64,000 nucleotides of DNA, taken from positions 640,001 to 704,000 of the forward strand of contig CAXXDV010000003.1 of NCBI GenBank assembly GCA_963674745.2, in the 5' to 3' direction. The position numbers and the translations under genes are program-made. Positions 1 through 9,689 of this stretch are shown here, one piece after another (the stretch's first letter is position 1; each line of letters begins with the position of its first letter). Origin of the DNA: Desulfosudaceae bacterium (lineage in GTDB: Bacteria > Desulfobacterota > Desulfobacteria > Desulfobacterales > Desulfosudaceae). The notes beneath the pieces were generated by a model. The model worked only from the letters and a program-made list of their open reading frames with translations. It searched no databases and was not told where the DNA came from.

Positions 1-846
1 CTGCGGGATGTGGCCGGCAGCTCCGGCGTAAAAGGGGTCTCGGCCACGTTTTCCGATAAAAACTTTGCCCGCACAACCACTATCTTCGGCTTTGAGCTTG
101 ATTTTGGCGAGGGCGGCGCCAGCGACCCCTATTTCCTGTCGGTGGCGGAAGTGGAAGCCTACCCGACAAAGACAAAAGGGCAGTATTTTACGCCGGCCTG
201 GAACAAGAAATGGTACACGGTCGATTATGATGCCAATGCCCCTATGACCGAATGGATGCCCATGGTCTTTCAGCAGCGTTACACAACCGGTGAGGTAACC
301 TATACCGAATACATGGCGGAAATCGATTATTACCAGGCAGAAAAAGATTACAGCGGTTATGATTTTCCCGCGGATTACGCCGTATTGCGTATTGTCGTGG
401 ACGAAAACAATCAGGTGGCCAATCATTTTGTCCAGACTTACAAGATTCTTTATGACGGTCCGGATGATGCGTATGGCAGAGTGCAGTTTGACAAGGTGAC
501 CCATCAGATACAGCCCGGTGATAAAATCCAGTTCTGGGCCTATGGCTTTCATCTGACGGATCCGGAACGGGATGACTGGTTTGAAACCGGTGATGTGATT
601 ACGTTTACCAAAGCGCCTGAATTCGGGGTGGAAACCCTGGAATTTGAAGACGAGGACGGCACCCCGTTGACATACAAATATGCCATGTGGGCCGAAGACG
701 CCAGTAAAAACGGTGTGCTGACGACACCGGCGGGGGCCGGTGATGACGGCACCAACAATGATGCTGCCGGAGAGACCGGCGATGGCAGTAGTCACGGCGG
801 TGGTGGCAGCTGCTTTATCGGCAGCGCGGCGGCTTCTATTTTTTAG
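1..846 (+). CDS. 5'-truncated secreted protein with Gly-rich Cys C-terminal tag (CFI-box-CTERM-like); possibly the C-terminal part of a clostripain-related (C11) peptidase
   Basis: Frame is open from base 1. Acidic/Gly linker ends in GGGGSCFIGSAAASIF. The beta-rich region (WNKKWY...QIQPGDKIQF) recalls C11 peptidase C-terminal domains, but no catalytic domain is visible. Confidence 0.55.
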   Translation: MRDVAGSSGVKGVSATFSDKNFARTTTIFGFELDFGEGGASDPYFLSVAEVEAYPTKTKGQYFTPAWNKKWYTVDYDANAPMTEWMPMVFQQRYTTGEVTYTEYMAEIDYYQAEKDYSGYDFPADYAVLRIVVDENNQVANHFVQTYKILYDGPDDAYGRVQFDKVTHQIQPGDKIQFWAYGFHLTDPERDDWFETGDVITFTKAPEFGVETLEFEDEDGTPLTYKYAMWAEDASKNGVLTTPAGAGDDGTNNDAAGETGDGSSHGGGGSCFIGSAAASIF

Positions 847-879
847 AGCGCTCTTTAATTCTAAAAAAAGGATGTTGAT

Positions 880-2085
880 ATGCGAATACTTTCTTTTTTG
901 TTGGCCGTCTGTATTATCGGCTGCGGGCACAACCTTCCCGCTGTCGAACAATCCCCGCCTGACACATCCGGACTGGCAAAGCAGAACAACCGCTTTGCGT
1001 TTGATCTTTACCGGCAGCTTTCACCGGATAGCGACAATCTTCTTTTTTCCCCTTATAGTCTGGTCAACGCGCTTTGTCTGACCCTGGGCGGTGCCCGGGG
1101 CGATACCAGGAAACAAATGGCTCAGGTGCTGGCGCTTGAAATGGGGGACGAGGACCTTTTTTCCGCTTTTTCCGCCATGAATAAAAGCATAAACAACATG
1201 AACCGAAAGGACGGCGTTTCGACTCTTTGCGCCAATGGCGTGTGGGCACAGGCCGGACATCCGTTTAGAAAAGCGTTTATGGCAATAGCCGGAAAGGCCT
1301 TTGACGCGGAAATACAGCAGGTCGATTTTGTTACCGGGTATGAATATCAGCGTCAACAAATTAACGACTGGGTGGAAAAGAAAACAAAGGATAAAATCAC
1401 GGACCTTCTCTCATCGGGTACGCTTGACCCGCAGACCCGCATGGTACTGGTCAATGCCATTTATTTTAAAGGTGACTGGGCGGTGCCTTTTAAAGAAGAC
1501 AGGACCAGAAAGGTACCGTTCTGGGTGACGCCGGAGACCTCTGTTAAAGTTCCCATGATGAGTCAGCAGGGCCCGTTTAAATATGCCCGTGATGACTATT
1601 TTCAGATGATCGAACTGCCCTACGAGGGGAAAGATGCCTCCATGCTGATCCTGCTGGGGCATCCCCGGGCCGCCATAAAAGCGATCGGGAAAATGCTGAC
1701 CCCTGACTATGTTAATAATCTGTATAATCACATGAATGAGTTCGAGGTAAGGATTTTCCTGCCGCGGTTTAAAGTCGAGGGGAATCTCAGCCTGTCTGAG
1801 ACACTGATAGCCATGGGCATGACGGACGCCTTTGATGACCGGGCGGACTTCTCAGACATGAACGGATCAAAAGATCTTTATATCAATGATGTGATCCATA
1901 AGGCCGTCATCGAGGTGGATGAAGAGGGCTCGGAGGCGGCGGCCGCAACAGGGGTGATCATGGAGACAAAAAGCGCCGTTTTCCAGGGCTTGACCTTTAA
2001 GGCCGATCACCCGTTTGTCTTTCTCATCCGGGAAAACACGACCGGGACGATTCTGTTTCTGGGACGGGTGATGAACCCGGTTTGA
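880..2085 (+). CDS. Serpin (serine protease inhibitor) family lipoprotein
   Basis: Lipobox IIGC; NNRFAFDLY, FSPYS, LVNAIYFKGDW; hinge EEGSEAAAAT; C-terminal FKADHPFVFLI...ILFLGRVMNP serpin signature. Confidence 0.95.
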   Translation: MRILSFLLAVCIIGCGHNLPAVEQSPPDTSGLAKQNNRFAFDLYRQLSPDSDNLLFSPYSLVNALCLTLGGARGDTRKQMAQVLALEMGDEDLFSAFSAMNKSINNMNRKDGVSTLCANGVWAQAGHPFRKAFMAIAGKAFDAEIQQVDFVTGYEYQRQQINDWVEKKTKDKITDLLSSGTLDPQTRMVLVNAIYFKGDWAVPFKEDRTRKVPFWVTPETSVKVPMMSQQGPFKYARDDYFQMIELPYEGKDASMLILLGHPRAAIKAIGKMLTPDYVNNLYNHMNEFEVRIFLPRFKVEGNLSLSETLIAMGMTDAFDDRADFSDMNGSKDLYINDVIHKAVIEVDEEGSEAAAATGVIMETKSAVFQGLTFKADHPFVFLIRENTTGTILFLGRVMNPV

Positions 2086-2091
2086 GGTTGG

Positions 2092-2721
2092 TTACAGCCG
2101 TTCGATGAGTTCCATCAGTTCATCAATGGAACGGCTGTAAATTGACTCTAAATCTTCGGCCACGTATATGGCGACTTTGCTGTTGTGCAGGCTGATCATG
2201 CCGTGCAGCAGGCTCCAGACCTGGATCAGCCGGCGGGTGACGAGGTCTTCTTCTACCGGCTGGGCGTATACTTCCCGGATGGCCTGTGCGGCCATATCGG
2301 CGATTTTCATGGAAATCCGAAGTTCTGTTGCAGACAGCTGCTCGTATGGTGTGCCCTTATAATCATTGTATTTCGGTGTCGGCAGTACAAACAAGATGTC
2401 ATAATAGCGTGAATAGGTGATGCCGAACCGGATGTAGGCCTCGATCATGGCCCGGGCTTTTTCTTTTCTGCCCTTTTGGCTGTCCCCGGCTTCGTGCAAT
2501 ACGGCCTGGAGCATTTCAAACCCCTGGACAACCAGGCAGAGGTAAATTTCATCTTTTCCGGAGTAATAATTGTAAATATTCGGTGCCGTCATTTTGACCC
2601 GTCCGGCCAGGTTGCGCATGGTCAGGTTGCCGAGCCCTTCCCGGGCGATGATGTCCAGTGCCTGGTCGAGAATGGTGGCTTTTATTTTTTCTATGGTTTC
2701 CGGTCTGCGGGGTGTTTTCAT
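2092..2721 (-). CDS. TetR/AcrR family transcriptional regulator
   Basis: N-terminal HTH (LTMRNLAGRVKMTAPNIYNYY); C-terminal WSLLHG motif. Confidence 0.92.
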   Translation of the reverse strand: MKTPRRPETIEKIKATILDQALDIIAREGLGNLTMRNLAGRVKMTAPNIYNYYSGKDEIYLCLVVQGFEMLQAVLHEAGDSQKGRKEKARAMIEAYIRFGITYSRYYDILFVLPTPKYNDYKGTPYEQLSATELRISMKIADMAAQAIREVYAQPVEEDLVTRRLIQVWSLLHGMISLHNSKVAIYVAEDLESIYSRSIDELMELIERL

Positions 2722-4301
2722 GATTGATCGTCTGTAACGCGGTTCAGTTTTTTGCAGATTTTTTTATGTGCCCCATACAGGTTTAAAAACTGCTGGAACA
2801 GCAAATCATATGTCTTCCGGTTTTCGGGGCGGGGTTGATAAATTCCGTCAAACTCGATCAGGTCCGGAATATCATCAAACCCGATATGACCCAGAGCGAC
2901 CGCGGCAATAAAAGCCGCGCCCCGGGCATTGGCCATCATGGGCTGCTTTACCCGGCGGATGCGCCTGTTCAGCACATCGGCAAAAATCCGGCACCAGAGG
3001 TCGGACCTGGCACCGCCGCCGATGATATTGATGGTATCCATTTTCCGGCCGATAAACCGCTCGACATACTTCAGGCTCCAGCGATTGTTAAAGGCCACGC
3101 CTTCCATGACGGATCGTACCATGTGAGCGGTGGTCGTGGTCTGGGAAAGGTTGAACAAACAGCCCCGGATGAATTCATTGTCAACCGGCGTTCGTTCGCC
3201 GTTAAGCCAGGGGGTGAAAATCAGGTTGCCGCTGCCGGCCGGCGCCCGGCCGGCCAGTTCATTGATGTGCCGGTATGGATTCTGTTCGCCGGTATCCTGT
3301 GAGGGGGCTGGCAGAATGTGTTCAATAAAATAGTCGACGGCTTCACCGGCAATATCCTGTTCATTGACGGCCTGATATTTACCCGGGATGGCGGTCGGAA
3401 ACGAGGCCACTGAATGGAAGACGTCTGTCTTTTTAAACGGTACGATGCATTGCACCCAGGATGATGTCCCGATATACATGTGACCGGCAAAATCGTCGAC
3501 CGCGCCGGAACCAATGCAGGCGGTCTGGTGATCCGGGGAACCGGCCACCACCGGTGTCCCGTGAGCGAGCCCCATACAATCGGCATTCTCATCGGTGATG
3601 GTACCCAGGATGTCGGTGGCCGCTATCAAAGGGGGCAGCTTTTCGCGGTCGATGCCAAATGTGTTGATCAGCCCCTGATCGTATCGGACGTTACGGATAT
3701 CCCGGATATCGGTTATCCAGAACAGATGGATGGAGTCAAACGTGGCCGCGAATTCCCCGGTCAGCTTCATGTTGAGATAGTCTTTGCTGGGTAGAAACAT
3801 ATATGTTCGGTCATGGATTTTGGGGAAGGCATGTTTTACCAGCAGAACGTGGCCGATATCATCCTTGCCGGACAGGGTCGGTGCGCCGCCGGTGCGGGAG
3901 ACCATCTTCAGTGCCTTGACAATCCCGTAACCGTCGAAGGATGGAAATCCGGCCATGGCTTTTTTAATGTACGGTCCGCCCCTGGTGTCCATCCAGGTAA
4001 TGGCGTTCATCAGAGCGCTGCCATCCTTGTCGACCGCCACGGTACTGGAAAAAGTGCTCGACACGGAAACAGCGGCGATGTCCTCTTTTCTGACCGTGCC
4101 TTTGGTCATCAACCGGGCGGACGTCGTCACAACCGCCCGCCACCACTGGTCGGGATCCTGCTCCACTCCGCCGCCGGGAAGAAAAAAAAGATCCGCTTTT
4201 TCAAAAGCAAAATCAACAACCCGGCCGGTAACGGAAATCAGCGCGGTTTTTACGCCGGAGGTGCCGTGGTCAACGGCCAGTATGTATTTTTCCGTGCTCA
4301 T
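2718..4301 (-). CDS. FGGY-family carbohydrate kinase (xylulokinase-like)
   Basis: ILAVDHGTSGVK, ITWMDTR, IGTSSW, WLNGERTP, IIGGGARSDLW. Confidence 0.9.
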   Translation of the reverse strand: MSTEKYILAVDHGTSGVKTALISVTGRVVDFAFEKADLFFLPGGGVEQDPDQWWRAVVTTSARLMTKGTVRKEDIAAVSVSSTFSSTVAVDKDGSALMNAITWMDTRGGPYIKKAMAGFPSFDGYGIVKALKMVSRTGGAPTLSGKDDIGHVLLVKHAFPKIHDRTYMFLPSKDYLNMKLTGEFAATFDSIHLFWITDIRDIRNVRYDQGLINTFGIDREKLPPLIAATDILGTITDENADCMGLAHGTPVVAGSPDHQTACIGSGAVDDFAGHMYIGTSSWVQCIVPFKKTDVFHSVASFPTAIPGKYQAVNEQDIAGEAVDYFIEHILPAPSQDTGEQNPYRHINELAGRAPAGSGNLIFTPWLNGERTPVDNEFIRGCLFNLSQTTTTAHMVRSVMEGVAFNNRWSLKYVERFIGRKMDTINIIGGGARSDLWCRIFADVLNRRIRRVKQPMMANARGAAFIAAVALGHIGFDDIPDLIEFDGIYQPRPENRKTYDLLFQQFLNLYGAHKKICKKLNRVTDDQS

Positions 4302-4362
4302 ATTCTTTACCGCTTTAAGGCCTCAATTTTTCCCAAAGCGAACATCTTTATCTGATATACTA

Positions 4363-5628
4363 TTAAATATCAAGGCTGCCCGAGGTCAGCATTTGTGCTG
4401 CTTCCATCATGTCCATTGTTGTTTTGTCGCCGTTTTCTTCAATGATATCGATCAACAGTTGTTCGCTGGAAGATGGCGTATGGGCTTTATTCTTTTCAAG
4501 AATACCGGGAATCAGCGATATAAAGTCCATGGGCTTGACACCGCCTTCCGGCGGGAAAATGCCCTTGCGGGTAATTTTGCCCTGCTGAAGCAATATGGCA
4601 CCAACGGCGGCCGGAATACCGGTGCCTTCTCCCAGGGCCTGGGAATCCGATGCCAGGTGAAACCGCAATTCCTGCCGCCGGCCGTCTTTGATACCGGTAA
4701 CCACTGTTGACGTACAACCCTTCTGACCTGAAAATTTGGTTTCTTTTAAAATGCGTTCCCGCTCCCGGATCAGAAAAGCGGTTGAGAAATCATAGGGCGT
4801 GACGGTCATTCCCCCGATGTCCAGAGGGGTTTTGTCGGCCAGGCCCAGTCGGCATACGTCCATGGTCAACTGATAATAAGCCGCCGGCAGAATCGTGCCC
4901 CGATTGGTTACCCGTTGAACGTTCAGGTATTGTGGTAACGTTACCTGTTCGGGGTGAGGGTAGGGGTATACCATGATGTCGTCACCCAGAATGGGGAATT
5001 CAAATGTCCGGCGAAGGGCCATACCGTCTTCTTCAAAAAATTTGACATGTTGAAGTTTGCCGTCAAGGTACATGGGAATATCAATGGACATGCAATGGAA
5101 GCGATGACCGATGACGCCCTTACCCTCAAAGGGTTCGCCTCCGTGGGCGTGAAAGATATCGACGGCCTCGGTTTGGTCGAGCATATGGTCGGCGGCGAAT
5201 TTGGCCAACAGGTTGGTGGCACCGGGGGAGTTCCCCATACCGATGACCATGGTAATGCCGGCCTGTTCGGCACGTTCGTTCATGGCCAGCAGGTCGAAGG
5301 TGACATCCACGTCGTCGCAGATATCCAGATAGTTGATGCCGCACGCAATGACCGTTTTGACGATGGGCATGACGGTTTTGTAAAACGGGCCCACGCAATT
5401 GACCACCAGATCGCATCCCGTGATCGCCGTTCTGACCGACTCCGGATCAAGGGCATCTATGGTTACGGCGGCGACATGGGATTTTCCCATTTCAGTCACC
5501 AGCGCTTCAGCTGTATTGAGATCAATGTCACCGATAACCACCTGGTCAAAGGTATCATCTTCGGCCAGGGTTTTGACTACCACCCGGCCGACTGCGCCAC
5601 ACCCGCCTAAAATTATTACTTTTGCCAT
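4363..5628 (-). CDS. Saccharopine dehydrogenase family oxidoreductase
   Basis: Rossmann ILGGCGAVG; VNCVGPFY, YLDICDD, GNSPG, HPEQVTLP, GIFPPE. Confidence 0.88.
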   Translation of the reverse strand: MAKVIILGGCGAVGRVVVKTLAEDDTFDQVVIGDIDLNTAEALVTEMGKSHVAAVTIDALDPESVRTAITGCDLVVNCVGPFYKTVMPIVKTVIACGINYLDICDDVDVTFDLLAMNERAEQAGITMVIGMGNSPGATNLLAKFAADHMLDQTEAVDIFHAHGGEPFEGKGVIGHRFHCMSIDIPMYLDGKLQHVKFFEEDGMALRRTFEFPILGDDIMVYPYPHPEQVTLPQYLNVQRVTNRGTILPAAYYQLTMDVCRLGLADKTPLDIGGMTVTPYDFSTAFLIRERERILKETKFSGQKGCTSTVVTGIKDGRRQELRFHLASDSQALGEGTGIPAAVGAILLQQGKITRKGIFPPEGGVKPMDFISLIPGILEKNKAHTPSSSEQLLIDIIEENGDKTTMDMMEAAQMLTSGSLDI

Positions 5629-5653
5629 TGTACAAGCCTCCTGAATAAATAAT

Positions 5654-5699
5654 TGAACAAAGTTAAATTTAACTTAGTTCATCAAAAGGGTGTTGTCAA
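5654..5699 (-). promoter_or_regulatory. Sigma70-like promoter overlapped by a 28-bp palindromic operator (probable TetR site)
   Basis: TGAACAAAGTTAAATTTAACTTAGTTCA (5654-5681) is palindromic with one mismatched pair. Minus-strand TTGACA (5699-5694), 17-nt spacer, TAAGTT (5676-5671). Confidence 0.7.
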
Positions 5700-5724
5700 G
5701 AAAAAAAATAATATTCATCATATT

Positions 5725-5833
5725 GCAGGGGCACGGCGCGCCGTGCCCGAATGCAGGACGTTTTCCTCATGTGCCCGGCGTCGCGTCCGATTGTGAATCA
5801 CGTCCATCAGGGCACGGCACGCCGTGCCCCTAC
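5725..5833. repeat. Inverted REP doublet (GTAG-family palindromes)
   Basis: GCAGGGGCACGGCGCGCCGTGCCC (5725-5748) and GGGCACGGCACGCCGTGCCCCTAC (5810-5833); the same unit recurs at 11270, 47123 and 53595. Confidence 0.85.
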
Positions 5834-8742
5834 AAATAACGTTTCATTATCGCCTCTTTTTTGGCGGGGGCGGCGTCGATGACGGCCTGGGCAGCGGCGA
5901 TTTTCTTTTCAAGGGCTTCGATTCTGGAAACAATTTGTTTTTGTTTTTTTAGCGAAATAATCGGAACAGGAAAATTTTCATAAAATGATGCCGGTACGCG
6001 TCGGTGACCGCTTGACCCGGTCATCACTTTTTCCGCTGCTTGCCGCACTGCTTTTCGATTCAGCAAGGCAAAAAGATACTCCGGCATAAAGTTGGCGGTA
6101 TTGGCGCGTATGACATGAAATTCACTGCTGCCCATGCCAAGGCCATTGGTCAACCCTTTGGCCAAGGCGCATTTGCCGTTTTCCATGCAAGGAGTGATTT
6201 TAGCGACAATAATGTCATTTTCGGCAAAATAGGTGTAGCTGCCTTTGCGAAGTTCGCCCAGCGGTCTTTCGACAAGGCTGGCGATAAACCCGGCCTCTGA
6301 AACAGAGGCCATTTCGACAAAAGAGACCAATGTGTCGTTATTGACTGTCTTTATTTCGGCTTTAGAGGGATTTATTTTAGAGACGCTATCTATGCCCAGC
6401 TTCTTTGACGATTTTGCTTTGGTTGATATGTCGGATGTGAGTGCCTCTATGCTTTGTTTTGCGTCGGTCAACGTTTTCTGGGCTTTCTCGGTTTCTTTTT
6501 CAACAACTTTGCATGCATCCGCTATTTGCTGTTGAACATCAAGCGGCGGAAGAGGGATTTGAAAATTTGAAATAGTATCGGTATTTATTTCTTTATATTT
6601 GGAACCAGCTGGGACCAAATTCTCTAGAATTGGTCTCAAATAAACAAAAACTTGGTATAAGTATTCATAATCAATCAATTTTGGATTGCAAACAAAATTT
6701 TTATACCCTTGGTTGGTAGCTGTTGGAACACGGTTTATACACACCTCTCCAATTGTTGCTCGACTGGAGAAAATGACTGTATTCAATGGTAATAGGGTAG
6801 TAACTTTAAGCCCTTCTTTGGTAATCTTGCGTTGAGTGTCGGTAAGATATTTTTGTTTGGTATCAACAAGTGTTGCCCAACAAATATCCCCTCCCTCCCA
6901 ATAAACCGCTTTTTTGGTATCTGGTGTACCACCATTCAATATTTGTGTCACACTTGATAGTTTTACTTTAGGCCATCTTGTTTCAATGTCGCTCTTTTTA
7001 TACGCCAACAAGGCTAACTGCTTTTCAAACACCGCCCGTGAAAAATCCAGCATATCCACCAGCCTCGCCGAGTTGGCCACTGCTTGCAATTCATCGGGAA
7101 TCGCGCCCAGCTCCCCATCAAAATTCGCAACAACGTAATGATTGAGCTTGGCCGGGTTCCGGCGGTTATAACGCGTGGGATGATCCCGATCCGGCCCATC
7201 ATAAAGGGCGGTGACGTGCTTGCCGGTGGCGTCTTCGATGAGTTTGATGCCCTCGTCGCCCTTGGATGAACTCCATTCATAACCAAGAAAATGCTTGATC
7301 TCTTTGGTTCCGGAAGGGCTGCGGATGATCAATACCGGGTTGCGCTGGTTGCTTGCCATCACAAAATGGTAAAGTTTGTCGCGCTCGATGGCTTGAACAA
7401 AATTCAGGTAACGTTTGGCGATCTCCTCCTCCTGTTCGGATTTAGGAAGCCCCTGAAATTTTCTTAACTTGCGCAGGTTGACCAACTCGGCGCTTTTCTT
7501 AAATTTATCGGCATAAGGTTTGAAATGTTCATGTCGGATCCAGGCACCGTCAATATCACTGTTCAACAGTGTTTGATAATCATCCACCGGCACATTGATA
7601 TGGGCGCAATACTGCTCGATTAAATGCCTGTCCTTGTATAGCGCATGTTTTCGTTTATTGCCGCCATGGCCTTTGAACCACTCTTCCACCCGCTCGCGGT
7701 AATGCTCGGCTGTGTCCGGCGAGGTTTGTTTGCGGCGCAGAAACAGGGTAACGGTGTTGGTGCCGGTCTTGCCGAAAGTGCCGCTGCCGAATTCGGCGAT
7801 GGCGATAATATCGAAATATTGCAGCAGAATTTCGCGGGCACGGATGTAAGTGGCGCCGCCGTTGGAGAGAATCGAAGATGGTAGAATAATGGCGGCCACA
7901 CCTCCGGACTTGAGCAGTTGTTTGGCGCGCTCCACGAAAAAAGTCTCGATGCTGTTGGCCGTTTCGGCATCGTGAATGGTTTTTGTAAGGGTATAGGCCT
8001 CACGTTCCTGGTCGGGAAGGGTTTCAAGAAAACCGCGTACACTGTAAGGCGGATTGGCGACCAAAAGGTCGAAGTTTCCGTCACGGATGTCGGGAAAGGC
8101 TTCGTGGGCGTTGACCAGGGCATCACCGTAGCAGATATGAATATCCTGCTGACCGTACATAAAGGCCGAAACCTTGGCAACCTTGGAAAGTCTGTACTCC
8201 TTTTCCATGCCGTACATGGCCCGGTGATATTCGGCCAGATCAGACTGTGGTTTGTGTTGCTTCAGCAAGGGCTGGATCTGGAGCGCCAGTTCGGTGAGAA
8301 AATGCCCGGCGCCGCAGGCAAAATCTATGGCCATGGGCGGCGTGGGGCTGTTTTTGATCAGGCTTTCCAGGGGCAGGCTCATCAGGATAAAACGGCAGAT
8401 CGGCATGGGGGTGAAAAACTGGCCTTCGCTCTGTTTGATGCCCTGATCAAGAAAGCCTTCAAACATATCCCCCAGAAACTGGTTGTGGCCGTTCTGATTG
8501 GTGAGCCGGATGTTTTGCCACATTTGCAGGATTTTAAGCAGCACCTCGGCATTTTGGTAAAACAGCTTTTCGTTGTGAACGTCGATAAATGAAAAATCGT
8601 TGTTGGTAAAAAATTTCTGTTGAATGAACAGGTTCCAGACTGCCCGCTGGGTGGCATCCGGGTTCTGCCGGATGAACCGCAGCGCGTTATTGACGTCGTT
8701 CTGGTTGATATAGGTGATGTCTTCGCCGAGAAACTTACCCAT
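5830..8742 (-). CDS. N-6 adenine DNA methyltransferase fused to HsdS-like specificity domains (distal part of split gene)
   Basis: GQFFTP, DFACGAGHF (SAM motif I), ANPPY (motif IV), FGKTGTNT; two TRDs (GGTP...NQG...IPLPPLDVQQQI and KITPCMENGK...GSSEFHV...TGSSGHRRVP). Confidence 0.85.
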   Translation of the reverse strand: MGKFLGEDITYINQNDVNNALRFIRQNPDATQRAVWNLFIQQKFFTNNDFSFIDVHNEKLFYQNAEVLLKILQMWQNIRLTNQNGHNQFLGDMFEGFLDQGIKQSEGQFFTPMPICRFILMSLPLESLIKNSPTPPMAIDFACGAGHFLTELALQIQPLLKQHKPQSDLAEYHRAMYGMEKEYRLSKVAKVSAFMYGQQDIHICYGDALVNAHEAFPDIRDGNFDLLVANPPYSVRGFLETLPDQEREAYTLTKTIHDAETANSIETFFVERAKQLLKSGGVAAIILPSSILSNGGATYIRAREILLQYFDIIAIAEFGSGTFGKTGTNTVTLFLRRKQTSPDTAEHYRERVEEWFKGHGGNKRKHALYKDRHLIEQYCAHINVPVDDYQTLLNSDIDGAWIRHEHFKPYADKFKKSAELVNLRKLRKFQGLPKSEQEEEIAKRYLNFVQAIERDKLYHFVMASNQRNPVLIIRSPSGTKEIKHFLGYEWSSSKGDEGIKLIEDATGKHVTALYDGPDRDHPTRYNRRNPAKLNHYVVANFDGELGAIPDELQAVANSARLVDMLDFSRAVFEKQLALLAYKKSDIETRWPKVKLSSVTQILNGGTPDTKKAVYWEGGDICWATLVDTKQKYLTDTQRKITKEGLKVTTLLPLNTVIFSSRATIGEVCINRVPTATNQGYKNFVCNPKLIDYEYLYQVFVYLRPILENLVPAGSKYKEINTDTISNFQIPLPPLDVQQQIADACKVVEKETEKAQKTLTDAKQSIEALTSDISTKAKSSKKLGIDSVSKINPSKAEIKTVNNDTLVSFVEMASVSEAGFIASLVERPLGELRKGSYTYFAENDIIVAKITPCMENGKCALAKGLTNGLGMGSSEFHVIRANTANFMPEYLFALLNRKAVRQAAEKVMTGSSGHRRVPASFYENFPVPIISLKKQKQIVSRIEALEKKIAAAQAVIDAAPAKKEAIMKRYL

Positions 8743-8760
8743 GCCCGACTGATAAAGCTG

Positions 8761-9681
8761 TTACATCCGGTCCATCAGATCGAAATGGGTGTCGTAGGCC
8801 ACGCCTTTCCAGTAAAACTTGAGATCGTCGGGATTCTCGATTTCGTCCACCAGTTTGCACAGGAACAAATTAACAAGCTTGTCAAAGGCGTTTTCACGGC
8901 CCGATACATTATGCTGCCGTAGAATCGTAGCAAACTCATGGTATTTCTTCTGCTGGTCGGAGGCGGAAATAATGTGCAGATCAGCCAGGGAATACTTGTC
9001 CTTGCCGATTTGGTAGGGCTGAATATTGTCTTCAAATATGCCCCTGCTGGTGAAATCAAGCTTGTAGGTGTCGCGCCAGACCGCAAAACGCTCCTTTACG
9101 TCCGTGGCATTGTTGAAACTTTTAAAATGCGGGTTGTCGGCCAGGTATCTTTCATTATCCCGGTGGGCGATGATATGACTATGATAAATCACTTGATCGT
9201 TTTCAAAATCCGCGGTGTAAAGGCACAGGAACTGGGTTTCACTGATTTGCTGGGCATAGGAAAAAAGTTGATCACCGTCTTGCTGTGTTTTGTTCCAGGC
9301 TTTTGTAAACTCGTTGCCCGCTGTTTTACATTCAATAAGCAGCAGCGGTTTACCGAAGTTATCCCGGACAAGAATATCCGCCCGCCCGCCGCTGGCGCCC
9401 CGGCCCAGTTTCCATTTTGGCTCCAGCTCGATGTGCTCCGGCTTATAGCCCTTTTCCAGCAATCGGTGAACGCACTCGAACACGACAAAATTTTCATTGG
9501 CTGAAAAATTACAGGTTTGGCGTTCGTTGACAAACAGGCCGTCGCTCTCCGGGTACTGGAGGCTTTGCTTGGGGATATCAGCAGCCAGAGGGTAGGTCCC
9601 GATAGTTTTAAGGTAACCGGATTGGCTTTTCGTAAATCCCAGGATTTCAAGCATTTTACAGATATTGTCTTGAGTGATCAT
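8761..9681 (-). CDS. HsdR N-terminal-like PD-(D/E)xK endonuclease domain (proximal part of split gene)
   Basis: ENFVVFECVHRLLEKGY, GGRADILV, LLIECKT, QLFSY; likely start is ATG 9681 (MITQDN). Confidence 0.82.
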   Translation of the reverse strand: MITQDNICKMLEILGFTKSQSGYLKTIGTYPLAADIPKQSLQYPESDGLFVNERQTCNFSANENFVVFECVHRLLEKGYKPEHIELEPKWKLGRGASGGRADILVRDNFGKPLLLIECKTAGNEFTKAWNKTQQDGDQLFSYAQQISETQFLCLYTADFENDQVIYHSHIIAHRDNERYLADNPHFKSFNNATDVKERFAVWRDTYKLDFTSRGIFEDNIQPYQIGKDKYSLADLHIISASDQQKKYHEFATILRQHNVSGRENAFDKLVNLFLCKLVDEIENPDDLKFYWKGVAYDTHFDLMDRM

Positions 9682-9689
9682 AACGCGAT

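Larger units (their letters stand above)
5830..9681 (-). pseudogene. Single-chain restriction-modification gene (Type IIG-like nuclease + N6-MTase + two TRDs) interrupted by one in-frame TAA
   Basis: Minus strand reads ATG GAC CGG ATG TAA CAG CTT TAT CAG TCG GGC ATG GGT across 8775-8737, so both ORFs share one frame (DRM*QLYQSGMGKF). Confidence 0.85.

Noticed and set aside
5725..5833. Integron attC sites flanking the defence genes
   Set aside because: No RYYYAAC/GTTRRRY core pairing and no integrase; the same units occur beside unrelated genes.
8761..8763. Programmed recoding (Sec/Pyl) or frameshift in the R-M gene
   Set aside because: The stop is TAA and both parts are in the same frame, so a nonsense change or an error is simpler.
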